Source of the DNA: Candidatus Thorarchaeota archaeon
GTDB lineage: Archaea; Asgardarchaeota; Thorarchaeia; Thorarchaeales; Thorarchaeaceae
Assembly: GCA_003345555.1 (NCBI GenBank)
Contig: PRDJ01000041.1
Location: forward strand, 60,001 to 92,000
Direction: 5' to 3'
Length of the DNA: 32,000 nucleotides
Below are positions 16,482-25,913 of the stretch, in pieces (position 1 is the stretch's first letter; the number at the start of each line of letters is the position of its first letter). The notes below the pieces were generated by a model, which saw only the letters and a program-made list of their open reading frames with translations, had not been told where the DNA came from and searched no databases. Made by a program: the position numbers and the translations under genes.

Positions 16482-18785
16482 ATGAGGCACATTGGCAGGA
16501 AGATTCTCCCAGGGTTATTGGTGCCGCTCTTCCTCATTCTGGGGTCTTTTGTGGCTCCAGGAGCGGCGCTTCAGGCCAGTTCAATAATTGAGGAATATAA
16601 CCAGGCCATAGCGCCCGGACCTAATAATCATACATACATATTCAGCAAACCAGACCCGATCGATTTTGCGTCCTCGAGCAGGATGTACGTAAATGAAGAC
16701 CTAGACTATTTTGTCTACTCATATGATACCACGGGATGGACTAGGTCGGCCAGCTCATTGACTGCTCCCAGCAGTCCGCAGTTCGACTGGCAAGATTATT
16801 CTGAATGGACCAACGGCGCGTTTGGCAACCCGGCAACGATGCCACTCTTCTTCGACTTCATTGGCAGCGACGGAAGTGGTGCTGTCATCAACACAACCTT
16901 AGAGCGAAGATCTTTCGTTCTGACTATTAACCAGCACACGCCCATTGTCATGGATGGCGGCTTTGTCTCTTATGGGGCTCTGGCGATAAGCGGTCAGGAG
17001 TTCGTGAACCTGATAGTCAACTGTCGCCAAGATGTCGTGTCATGGGGTGCAGTGGTTGCCGACCCAGTTGGCAGGCTTGTGAACTCCGTTAGCGGTACTG
17101 GAGGCGACATACTCGTAGTCCCGTTCAGGCCCGCAATGGCTGGCAACTACATCGTAGTGCTCCGAGCGGATAATGCACCGGGTACTTCCGCACTCTTTGA
17201 TCTGTACCCTATTGCGGCGTCGGTCACAACAATCCCCTTTGGGGAAGTAATACAGGGAACACTTCCGACTGGCGAACTCATTGTCAGTAGTTCGGGCAGC
17301 TTAGTGCACCAAGAGATGGCACCCACCGTGAACACCTACAAGGTGACGTCTCCGGACAATCTGGCATCGGTGACATATGCGTTCAACTACCCTGAAGTGT
17401 CGACCGGCGTTCCACAAATAACCGGCATTCAGTTTACGAGGGATGCATATGAGTACGACACCAACGGCGGGATTCAGTACGTGCGTGGTTCCATCTCCCC
17501 GAATACTGCGGAGTTCTTCTATACAGGAGGACCCCTCTATGTGACAGTCTACGGTGGAGATAACGTTGAGTACACTCTCTACCATAAGGACAACGGTGCC
17601 GCGAACCTGCCGTTGAATAAAGAATTCCTACTCGAGAATGAATACGGTGTTACAATTCAGAAAGCCTACCGACTGCATGCGGAGCAGGACTCGCTCTTGA
17701 AGGCCAACTCCACTGGCGTTGGAGCTGACTATGATATCTCGGTGCTTGGAGTCAACGAGGATGGGTTCTTCAAGACTCAGACCATAACGGACGGTGCTAC
17801 AATTGAAGGGTCTACGGCATACTTCCTCCGAGCAGGGGACTACGTAGTAGTGATTAACATTGCTTCTACTACATCAGAGTACATTGAGTTCAGTCTCGGC
17901 GAGATAGTCGCTGATAGCTTGACGGCCGACTTGATGCGTCTTGGAGGCTTTAGGGTCCCAACAAACCCGTGTGAGCTCTACAACCTGACGCTACACCTCG
18001 ACACTCTCGACAACATCACGGTGACTGTCCAGATTGCGGCCTACACCAAATTCTACCAGTCTGTTTGGAGTACAAGTCTCACTCTTGCTAACCGATGGGA
18101 CGGAACCCACTGGGTGCCACACCCGACCTATAACAATTGGTCGACATTTCTCCCGGGTCGCACCTGGTCAGAGGGCTATTCCTACTTGACCATATCCTTC
18201 CGCGTGTACAACAACACGGGAGCACTGGCTGAGTATGCTAATCACCCAGTGAGGTTCACCGTCGATTGGAACGAGTACACCAATGAATGGTATGACGGAC
18301 ACGCAACGATGGACATCAGAAGTGCAGCGGCCATAAGCAATCTGACTCTAGAGTATCCAGGTACGAGCCCTAACTACATCGCACTAAGACTAGACACGAC
18401 GGCCGGGACATGGTACAACGTCTCAGTGAGGACAGCCGATGTGTCATCATTCACGGCTATTCTCTACAGCCTCTATGATTCTAGGACCCATTCTACCCCT
18501 TGGGCGGACCTTGATGACGATCTAGTGGGTTCAATACCCTACCTGTCATTCCAGTTTGGGGCTATCTCCGAGTATGCGATTCTCCATATCCAGTTGGGGC
18601 GGACACTAGCAGCAACAGGGTTCCTCTGGATTGAGATAACTCCACTAGAGAGTCACACACTGGGCTGGCTACCGCCTCTGAGTGCACCTGGACCGAACAT
18701 CCTAGCAATGCTAGCATTGCCAGTTTCATTGGGTGCCATTGCCGTTGTGGCCATATACGTCGTTTACGTCAAGAAGATAAAGTAG
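16482..18785 (+). CDS. large secreted, C-terminally anchored beta-rich surface protein (767 aa)
   Basis: Signal peptide (MRHIGRK + hydrophobic core), Tyr/Thr/Asn-rich beta-type body, nine N-x-S/T sequons, and a C-terminal TM followed by KKIK. GAGGTGA RBS at 16466-16472. Confidence 0.8.
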   Translation: MRHIGRKILPGLLVPLFLILGSFVAPGAALQASSIIEEYNQAIAPGPNNHTYIFSKPDPIDFASSSRMYVNEDLDYFVYSYDTTGWTRSASSLTAPSSPQFDWQDYSEWTNGAFGNPATMPLFFDFIGSDGSGAVINTTLERRSFVLTINQHTPIVMDGGFVSYGALAISGQEFVNLIVNCRQDVVSWGAVVADPVGRLVNSVSGTGGDILVVPFRPAMAGNYIVVLRADNAPGTSALFDLYPIAASVTTIPFGEVIQGTLPTGELIVSSSGSLVHQEMAPTVNTYKVTSPDNLASVTYAFNYPEVSTGVPQITGIQFTRDAYEYDTNGGIQYVRGSISPNTAEFFYTGGPLYVTVYGGDNVEYTLYHKDNGAANLPLNKEFLLENEYGVTIQKAYRLHAEQDSLLKANSTGVGADYDISVLGVNEDGFFKTQTITDGATIEGSTAYFLRAGDYVVVINIASTTSEYIEFSLGEIVADSLTADLMRLGGFRVPTNPCELYNLTLHLDTLDNITVTVQIAAYTKFYQSVWSTSLTLANRWDGTHWVPHPTYNNWSTFLPGRTWSEGYSYLTISFRVYNNTGALAEYANHPVRFTVDWNEYTNEWYDGHATMDIRSAAAISNLTLEYPGTSPNYIALRLDTTAGTWYNVSVRTADVSSFTAILYSLYDSRTHSTPWADLDDDLVGSIPYLSFQFGAISEYAILHIQLGRTLAATGFLWIEITPLESHTLGWLPPLSAPGPNILAMLALPVSLGAIAVVAIYVVYVKKIK

Positions 18786-18801
18786 GTCTAGAGCCCACTT
18801 T

Positions 18802-18834
18802 CGACCCGAGTGATCTCGGGTCGCTTCTTTTTTT
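18802..18834 (+). terminator. hairpin plus T-tract terminator
   Basis: Perfect 9-bp stem CGACCCGAG-TGAT-CTCGGGTCG followed by CTTCTTTTTTT, 16 nt after the stop codon of 16482..18785. Confidence 0.7.
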
Positions 18835-19003
18835 CCCGGATTTTCTTCACTCGACTTTGTAACAAGACTGACCAATGCCTGAGACTGTGGAGAAGCGCCG
18901 GTCTCCTTTTCAGATTCATGTCTTCGGCCCAGTCAGGACCAGGACTGAGAATGATTGCTCAATTGTGGATGAGTGAACAATGATGAACGGAAGCGCACCG
19001 AAT

Positions 19004-19687
19004 CTATGCCTTGCTTTCATTCTTGAGAGGAAGCTTAGGCTCCTGAACCAGTCTCATCCTATCATCCATCTCAATCATCAGGCGGGTCAGTTTTGTAAAT
19101 GCTTCGCGGATGTTCTGACCCGTCACAGCGGATGTCTCCTCGAAAACCACGGGGACTGTGAGCTTCTCACTGAAGAATTGGGCGAACTTGTGGCCCTCAT
19201 CATTTGTTACATTCTTCTCGAAGGGATTATCCTGTCTCAAATCTGTCTTGTTTGCCAACACCGCCGTTGGCGGAAGCTTGCCCATGTACTTGTACGCCTC
19301 CACAAGCCATTTCGAGGCGTTATCAAAGCTTTCGCGGTCAACCACAGAGTACACCAAGATTATGCCGCTGGAGCCAACGTAGTAGTGTCGCCGCACCTTC
19401 TCGAATGTGGGTTGACCTGCCAAGTCCCATATAATGAGACGAATGTTAACGCCATCGAGGTCAAAACGTGTCTGGGCAAAATCGACTCCGATGGTTGGCA
19501 TGTGACTTGTGATAAAACCCTCCCCAAGATACACCCTACGCAAGCTCGTTTTTCCTACCGCCCCGTCGCCAATTAGGACTACCTTGAATGTTCTATTGCC
19601 TGCGGCTTCGAATGTCAAGGGGGAGCGTCTCCTTAGGCTCTGTGGTGTACTCGTACATTCCTTATTAGAGCTCTCGTATGACATCAA
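19004..19687 (-). CDS. Rab-like small GTPase (Ras superfamily)
   Basis: G1 GDGAVGKT, G2/RabF1 PTIGVDF, G3 WDLAGQ, G4 ANKTD and G5 ETSA. RabF-like RLIIW, YYVGS and LVYSV. No C-terminal Cys. Exact start is uncertain. Confidence 0.93.
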   Translation of the reverse strand: MMSYESSNKECTSTPQSLRRRSPLTFEAAGNRTFKVVLIGDGAVGKTSLRRVYLGEGFITSHMPTIGVDFAQTRFDLDGVNIRLIIWDLAGQPTFEKVRRHYYVGSSGIILVYSVVDRESFDNASKWLVEAYKYMGKLPPTAVLANKTDLRQDNPFEKNVTNDEGHKFAQFFSEKLTVPVVFEETSAVTGQNIREAFTKLTRLMIEMDDRMRLVQEPKLPLKNESKA

Positions 19688-19862
19688 AGGGACCGGCTAC
19701 GTGAATGCCAGTCCAGTTCGACCACTCTGATCACAAAACGTCCTATATTCCCATTTCTGCTTTGAACCAATCCTTCATAGGTCACCTTTGGATGCTCGTA
19801 ACGCGGGACGCCATTCACCTGTCAATCGTGGGATTGAACCGACCGATACTGAGGAAAGAACA

Positions 19863-20804
19863 GTGTCTCTCGAGTCATCATCGACACTGCAGAACCAAGG
19901 GATATCTGAACCTTACTTCAGATTCAGGACGGTGTCTGTCAAGCATTTGTGTGAGCTGCAGCATCATATCGACATTCTGCGCCGCGATGGCCTCTTGAGC
20001 AACAATGAAACCTTCAGGAGCTACATTGACGGCAAGAGATTCGCAGTGCCCGAGTCGTTTCCTGACGCATGCTTCGTAATAATCATGGCCGTATTCGCGC
20101 CCTTGGCACTGGTCGGCTTCCATTACAAGGGAAAACGATTCGAGCTCATGCTGCCCCCCAATTACTACGACGATGGGATTTCGCAAGAGCAGCTGCAGAA
20201 CATGGTTTCAAACAGAATCATTCGAGAGCAAGGCCACCGAATCGAGAGGGCTAGCAGGAACCTTCTGGTCAAGACGCTTGCAGCAAGAAGCGGTCTCGGT
20301 AAGTACGGCAGGAATAACCTGTGCTATGTTGATGGGATGGGCAGCCTCTTGACGCTCCATGCGTTCTTCACTGACTACGCTTTCGAGCATGACGATTGGA
20401 CAGACATGCGGATGATGGATGCGTGTAAGAAGTGCAGGATCTGCATGAAGGAGTGTCCGAATGGGTGCATAACGGAGCAGAAGTTTGTCATCAATGTCGA
20501 CAAATGCCTGCCCTTGTACAATGAGGTGGAAGGGCAGTTCCCGGAGTGGATGCCAGCCAGTGCTCACAATGCCCTGATGGGCTGTATGAGGTGCCAGCTC
20601 AAGTGTCCGGCCAATCGCGATGCACTCAAGAGCAGCGTGCGGTTTGAAGATATCACTGAAGAAGAAACAGCGGCAATCCTAGAAGGGACAGTGGACGAGA
20701 GGCTCCTTCGGAGCCTGTCTGAGAAGCTCAGAGGCTTCTCTCCCACTACTTCGCTGGGGGAATTCCCGGTGTTGACGAGGAATCTGAGGGCACTGATAAT
20801 GTGA
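19863..20804 (+). CDS. QueG (epoxyqueuosine reductase)/reductive dehalogenase-like 4Fe-4S protein
   Basis: LAARSGLGKYGRNNL, CKKCRICMKECP...C and CMRCQLKCP. Start set at GTG 19863 (GAGGA upstream); the ORF track gives 19788. Confidence 0.7.
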   Translation: MSLESSSTLQNQGISEPYFRFRTVSVKHLCELQHHIDILRRDGLLSNNETFRSYIDGKRFAVPESFPDACFVIIMAVFAPLALVGFHYKGKRFELMLPPNYYDDGISQEQLQNMVSNRIIREQGHRIERASRNLLVKTLAARSGLGKYGRNNLCYVDGMGSLLTLHAFFTDYAFEHDDWTDMRMMDACKKCRICMKECPNGCITEQKFVINVDKCLPLYNEVEGQFPEWMPASAHNALMGCMRCQLKCPANRDALKSSVRFEDITEEETAAILEGTVDERLLRSLSEKLRGFSPTTSLGEFPVLTRNLRALIM

Positions 20805-21005
20805 TAACCTACGGGCGCGCGACACCGTTTTCCACTAACCATACTTTCGACCATCTCTCCCAGATTCGCGAGTACAAAAGAACAGACACGCTGTGACAGA
20901 AATGCCCTAGCAAGGGTCTGCCGCTCGACTCCCATCAGCGTGTGGCAGGTACCGTAAGCCTTACTTGTCGTTAGGCATGCGTTGCGCTGGTCGAGGCTCG
21001 AGCAG

Positions 21006-22985
21006 ATGGCAGGTTTCAAGCTGGTTGCCCCGTTCAAACTCACAGGAGATCAGCCCGACGCGGTGCAGAAGCTCGTGGAGGGCCTGAACAGTGGGCTTCA
21101 GCAACAAACTCTGCTCGGAGTCACTGGATCCGGTAAGACCTTCGTGATGGCCAATGTCATAGCTCACTACCAGAAGCCGACCATCGTCATCTCTCACAAC
21201 AAGATACTTGCGGCACAGCTCGCCGCTGAGTATCGACAGTTCTTCCCCGAGGATGCGGTGGAATACTTCGTCTCATACTATGACTATTACCAGCCAGAGG
21301 CATATGTCCCGACTAAGGACATGTACATTGAGAAGGAGACAGACATCAACGAAGAAATCGAGAAGCTTCGTAATTCCACGACTCGTTCTCTCAAGACCCG
21401 CAATGATGTTGTAGTCGTAGCTTCTGTGTCCTGTATCTACAACCTCGGCGACCCTAGGGAGTATGATGAGCTAGCTCTGACGCTAGAGGTGGGTCAGGAG
21501 ATCGAGAGGCGTACGCTGCTCGAGAAACTGATATCGATGCAATACGAGCGCAACGATATGGAACTCAAGGCGGGCATCTTCCGCGTTCGCGGCGATGTAA
21601 TTGATATTCATCCCGGTTACGAGTCAGAGACAGTAAGGCTCCAACTCGATGGCGACAGAATAGACCGAATCTCTATAGTTGACTCTCTGACATCCCATCG
21701 GATATTCGAGGAGCGTGGCATAGATATCTGGCCTGCGAAGCATCACGTTGCACGCCATGAGAAGACCTTGGCCGCCCTCGACTCGATTAAGGCAGAGATG
21801 GAGCAACGCGTTGAGTGGTTCAAGAAGCAGGGGAAGGTTGTCGAGGCAGACCGCCTCCGCCGAAGGACACTCTATGACATCGAGATGCTCCGACAGACCG
21901 GGTCTTGCGAAGGTGTTGAGAACTACTCCCGACACATAGATGCCAGAAAGCAGGGTGAAAAGCCCTACTGTCTCCTCGATTACTTCCCAGAGGACTTCCT
22001 GATGATCATCGATGAAAGCCATATGACCATTCCGCAACTTGAGGGGATGTATCACGGTGACATATCGCGTAAGCAGAGCCTTGTCGACTATGGTTTTCGG
22101 CTACCCTCTGCGTTTGACAATCGTCCATTGAAGTTCGACGAGTTCAAGGGTTACATGAAACACGTAATCTGCACGAGCGCAACACCGGGACCATACGAAA
22201 GAAAGTCAAGCAATCAGATTGTCGAACTGCTCCTGAGACCGACTGGTCTCATTGATCCGGAGATAACAGTAAAGCCCGTTGAGAATCAGGTCGACGATTT
22301 GTTGGCTGAGATAGGGAAAACAACGGCGAGACATGAGAGAGTGCTAGTGACAACGCTCACGAAGAAGACCGCGGAGATGCTTTCTGAGTATCTTGTGGAA
22401 TCAGGCGTCAAGGCTAGGTACCTCCACTCTGACATTAAGACAGTCGAGCGCATAGAAATCATCCGTGACTTGCGTCTCGGCAGGTTCGACGTGCTCGTGG
22501 GCATCAACCTGCTAAGGGAAGGACTCGACCTCCCAGAAGTCTCTCTTGTGGCCATTCTTGATGCCGACAAGGAGGGTTTTCTGAGAAGTGAGTGGGCACT
22601 CATCCAGACAATGGGGCGTGCTGCAAGGAATGTCAATGGCCGGGTCATACTCTACGGGGATCACATCTCGGCTGCCATGCAAGCCGCCATAAACGAGACC
22701 AACCGACGCAGGGAGTACCAGCTGCGATACAACGAGCAACACGGTATCACGCCCAAGACCATAGTGAAATCAGTATACGATATTGCCGAGCGCATCCCAT
22801 CGAAGAAGAAACCCGAGCAGGCGAAGATAGCTGACTTCGATTTCGTGGATATTGAAAGCATCACAGAGTTGATTGTCAATCTTGAGGAAGATATGAAGGA
22901 AGCAGCAAGGAACCTTGAGTTTGAACGAGCGGCGGAACTGCGAGACCAGATTCGTGAACTGCAGTCGAAGATTGAAGGGCGGTAG
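21006..22985 (+). CDS. uvrB: excinuclease ABC subunit B
   Basis: [46 protein letters not shown] and a C-terminal UVR motif [11 protein letters not shown]. Start at ATG 21006. Confidence 0.98.
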   Translation: MAGFKLVAPFKLTGDQPDAVQKLVEGLNSGLQQQTLLGVTGSGKTFVMANVIAHYQKPTIVISHNKILAAQLAAEYRQFFPEDAVEYFVSYYDYYQPEAYVPTKDMYIEKETDINEEIEKLRNSTTRSLKTRNDVVVVASVSCIYNLGDPREYDELALTLEVGQEIERRTLLEKLISMQYERNDMELKAGIFRVRGDVIDIHPGYESETVRLQLDGDRIDRISIVDSLTSHRIFEERGIDIWPAKHHVARHEKTLAALDSIKAEMEQRVEWFKKQGKVVEADRLRRRTLYDIEMLRQTGSCEGVENYSRHIDARKQGEKPYCLLDYFPEDFLMIIDESHMTIPQLEGMYHGDISRKQSLVDYGFRLPSAFDNRPLKFDEFKGYMKHVICTSATPGPYERKSSNQIVELLLRPTGLIDPEITVKPVENQVDDLLAEIGKTTARHERVLVTTLTKKTAEMLSEYLVESGVKARYLHSDIKTVERIEIIRDLRLGRFDVLVGINLLREGLDLPEVSLVAILDADKEGFLRSEWALIQTMGRAARNVNGRVILYGDHISAAMQAAINETNRRREYQLRYNEQHGITPKTIVKSVYDIAERIPSKKKPEQAKIADFDFVDIESITELIVNLEEDMKEAARNLEFERAAELRDQIRELQSKIEGR

Positions 22986-22988
22986 TGT

Positions 22989-25913
22989 ATGGCATCAAGT
23001 TCTAAGTCTCGTGCGAAGAGCGTGCGGCTGGATACGGAAGGTCCACAGGACATCGTTATCCGTGGAGCCGCAGAACACAACCTCAAGCACATCGACCTGC
23101 AGATACCTCGCAACAAGCTTACTGTTGTTACAGGAGTCTCCGGCTCGGGCAAGTCGAGTTTAGTATTCGATACCATATTCGCAGAAGGACAGCGCCGTTT
23201 CGTGGAGTCGCTTTCGCCCTATGCTCGACAGTTCCTTGGCATGCTTGAGAAGCCCAAGGTGGACTACATGTCAGGGCTGTCTCCTTCAATCTCAATCGAC
23301 CAGAAGAGTGCTGGTCACAATCCTAGGAGCACAGTCGGCACTATCACTGAGATCTACGATTTCTTGAGGCTCCTGTTTGCCCGTGTTGGAGTGCCCCATT
23401 GCCCAAAGTGTGGCAAGAAGATTGAACCCCAGACTGCGCAGCAGATTGTCGACAGGGTTCTTGCTCTTGGAGAGGGGACAAGCATCGCCATCATGGCACC
23501 AATCGTCCGAGAAAGAAAAGGAGAATACAGGAAGGAGTTCCGTGACCTACTTGAGAAGGGGTTCGTCAGAGTACGTGTTGACGGAGAACTGAAAGACATC
23601 GAAGAGGGCACGTCGCTAGACCGATACTACAAGCACACAATTGAGGTTGTAATAGACCGCCTCAAGGTATCTGATTCCCAGAGAGCAAGAATATCGGAAG
23701 CGGTAGAAACCGCCCTCACGATGGCTGATAGAGTGGTGACGATTGCTGCAGACTCAGGCGACCTCACACTTTCGGAGAAGTTTGCATGTGTAGATTGCGG
23801 CATCAGCCTTCCCGAAATGGAACCACGCCTATTCTCATGGAACACTCCACACGGGGCGTGTCCAACCTGCACCGGGCTCGGGGTCATCAGAGAGATAGAC
23901 ACAAAGCTTGTAGTGTCAGATGATTCGCTCTCAATCTCTCAAGGAGCAATCGCACCCTACAATTGGATGTCTAAGTCTACAACGATCAAGGCGGTTGCCA
24001 ATAGGTATGGATTCTCCATGGACACTCCCTGGAGAGATCTAACTCCAGATCAGAAGGACAAGATACTCTGGGGAACAGGTGACGAAGAAATCAAGATTGA
24101 CTGGCACTGGGGAGACGATCCCGCGAAAACCCAGTGGGAAGGGACAACGGTCGCTCCATTTCGCGGCGTGATTGCTCAAATGGAACGGAACTACAAGTCA
24201 ACCAAGTCAAACTACATCCGCGAGTGGCTTGAGCATTTCATGGTAGACCATGAGTGCTCGGTATGCAAGGGCTTGCGGCTTCGACCCGAGTCGACTGCCG
24301 TGAAGTTCAGAGATCTCTCGATAACCGATGTGAACAGTATGTCCATCAAGGACCTATCCGAGTTCTTCCAATCCGTGGTCCTGTCGCCGCGAGAAGAACC
24401 AATTGCCCATCCAATCATCAAGGAGATAATGGGAAGGTTGGGTTTCTTGATGGAGGTCGGCCTCGACTACCTGACACTCGATCGGTCTGCACCGTCACTC
24501 GCCGGAGGAGAAGCACAAAGAATCCGACTAGCGAGCCAGATTGGCTCCAATCTTGTGGGAGTGACCTACGTATGTGACGAGCCTTCTATTGGGCTTCATC
24601 AACGTGATAACCTCAGGCTTCTGCGCTCATTGAAGAGCCTACGAGACATAGGAAACACAGTGGTTGTAGTCGAGCATGATGAGTCCACTATGAGAGCCGC
24701 TGACTACCTTGTTGACCTCGGACCCGGGGCCGGCGATGAAGGCGGTCGAGTTGTTGTTGCGGGAAAGGTCGATGATGTGCTTGCATCGAAGAAATCGTTA
24801 ACCGCCAAATATCTTCGAGGCGATGAGAAGATACCAGTGCCTGCTGTTCGAAGACAACCGAACGGCAGATTCATTGAGATAAAGGGTGCCCGGCATCACA
24901 ACCTCAAGTCCATAGACGTTAAGATTCCTCTCGGACTCTTCGTTTGTGTCACGGGCGTATCGGGCAGTGGAAAGTCGAGCCTGATAGACGAGACGCTTCA
25001 GAGAGAGCTAGCAAGGAGGTTCTACAATGCTACAGCCACACCCGGTGAGTGCGATGCCATTATTGGTGCTGAACAACTCGACAAGGTCATTATCATTGAT
25101 CAGAGCCCGATTGGTCGCACACCAAGATCTAACCCCGCGACCTACGTAAGCCTGTTCTCGGACATTCGAGACCTCTTCTCAGGCTTGCCCGAGGCGAAGA
25201 TCAGAGGTTACAAACCGGGTAGGTTCAGCTTCAATGTGAAAGGCGGGCGGTGCGAAAAGTGCAGGGGTGCAGGTGTTGAAGTCATAGAGATGCAGTTCCT
25301 CCCACCTGTTGAGGTCACCTGCGCTGAATGCAAGGGGCGACGATACAACAGAGAGACACTTCAGGTCCGCTACAAGGGCAAGAACATAGCCGACGTCCTT
25401 GCAATGAGAACAGACGAAGCACTTGACTTCTTCGCAGACTTACCATCAATTCATCGCAAGCTGAAGACACTCTACGAGGTGGGCATGGGCTATGTTCAAC
25501 TGGGCCAGCCCGCGACGACACTGAGTGGCGGAGAGGCACAAAGAATCAAACTAAGCAAGTTCCTTTCGCGGCCCGCCACCGGTCAGACTCTGCTCCTCCT
25601 CGACGAACCGACGACCGGGCTCCATTTTGCAGACATCAAGAAGCTGCTTGAGGTTCTTCATAGGCTTGTGGACTTGGGCAATACAGTGCTCGTTGTGGAG
25701 CATCAGCTCGATGTTGTGAAGACCGCGGACTGGGTGATTGATTTGGGCCCTGAGGGCGGCGACGAGGGCGGCTACCTCATCGCAGAAGGTACTCCAGAGC
25801 AAGTGGCTGAACGCGAGAACTCATACACTGGGAAGTACCTCAGAGGGGTGCTTCACGAGGCGAGACCAGAAGCTGCAGTCCAAAGAAGCGGCACGAGGAG
25901 GAAGAAGCCATGA
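22989..25913 (+). CDS. uvrA: excinuclease ABC subunit A, copy 1 (full length, 974 aa)
   Basis: GAAEHNLK, two Walker A motifs (GVSGSGKSS), AEGQRRFVESLSPYARQFL, UvrB-binding domain, LAGGEAQR, DEPSIGLH, C-terminal Zn finger (CEKC...CAEC) and DEPTTGLH. Confidence 0.97.
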   Translation: MASSSKSRAKSVRLDTEGPQDIVIRGAAEHNLKHIDLQIPRNKLTVVTGVSGSGKSSLVFDTIFAEGQRRFVESLSPYARQFLGMLEKPKVDYMSGLSPSISIDQKSAGHNPRSTVGTITEIYDFLRLLFARVGVPHCPKCGKKIEPQTAQQIVDRVLALGEGTSIAIMAPIVRERKGEYRKEFRDLLEKGFVRVRVDGELKDIEEGTSLDRYYKHTIEVVIDRLKVSDSQRARISEAVETALTMADRVVTIAADSGDLTLSEKFACVDCGISLPEMEPRLFSWNTPHGACPTCTGLGVIREIDTKLVVSDDSLSISQGAIAPYNWMSKSTTIKAVANRYGFSMDTPWRDLTPDQKDKILWGTGDEEIKIDWHWGDDPAKTQWEGTTVAPFRGVIAQMERNYKSTKSNYIREWLEHFMVDHECSVCKGLRLRPESTAVKFRDLSITDVNSMSIKDLSEFFQSVVLSPREEPIAHPIIKEIMGRLGFLMEVGLDYLTLDRSAPSLAGGEAQRIRLASQIGSNLVGVTYVCDEPSIGLHQRDNLRLLRSLKSLRDIGNTVVVVEHDESTMRAADYLVDLGPGAGDEGGRVVVAGKVDDVLASKKSLTAKYLRGDEKIPVPAVRRQPNGRFIEIKGARHHNLKSIDVKIPLGLFVCVTGVSGSGKSSLIDETLQRELARRFYNATATPGECDAIIGAEQLDKVIIIDQSPIGRTPRSNPATYVSLFSDIRDLFSGLPEAKIRGYKPGRFSFNVKGGRCEKCRGAGVEVIEMQFLPPVEVTCAECKGRRYNRETLQVRYKGKNIADVLAMRTDEALDFFADLPSIHRKLKTLYEVGMGYVQLGQPATTLSGGEAQRIKLSKFLSRPATGQTLLLLDEPTTGLHFADIKKLLEVLHRLVDLGNTVLVVEHQLDVVKTADWVIDLGPEGGDEGGYLIAEGTPEQVAERENSYTGKYLRGVLHEARPEAAVQRSGTRRKKP

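Noticed and set aside
18980-19046. Possible C/D box sRNA (ATGATGA ... CTGA)
   Set aside because: The internal C'/D' boxes are poor matches, no terminal stem was seen, and it overlaps the GTPase 3' end in antisense. This is compatible with chance.
18980-19576. 198-aa + strand ORF
   Set aside because: Fully antisense to the well-supported GTPase and has no recognisable motifs.
20799-20807. Selenocysteine readthrough of the TGA ending the QueG-like gene
   Set aside because: The TGA is immediately followed by TAA in frame, and the domain is already complete.
20805-21005. SOS/LexA-type operator upstream of uvrB
   Set aside because: No CTGT-N8-ACAG or GAAC-N4-GTTC was found. Only short palindromes are present (CTGT-G-ACAG at 20891-20899, GTAAG-C-CTTAC at 20954-20964), which are too short to support a call.
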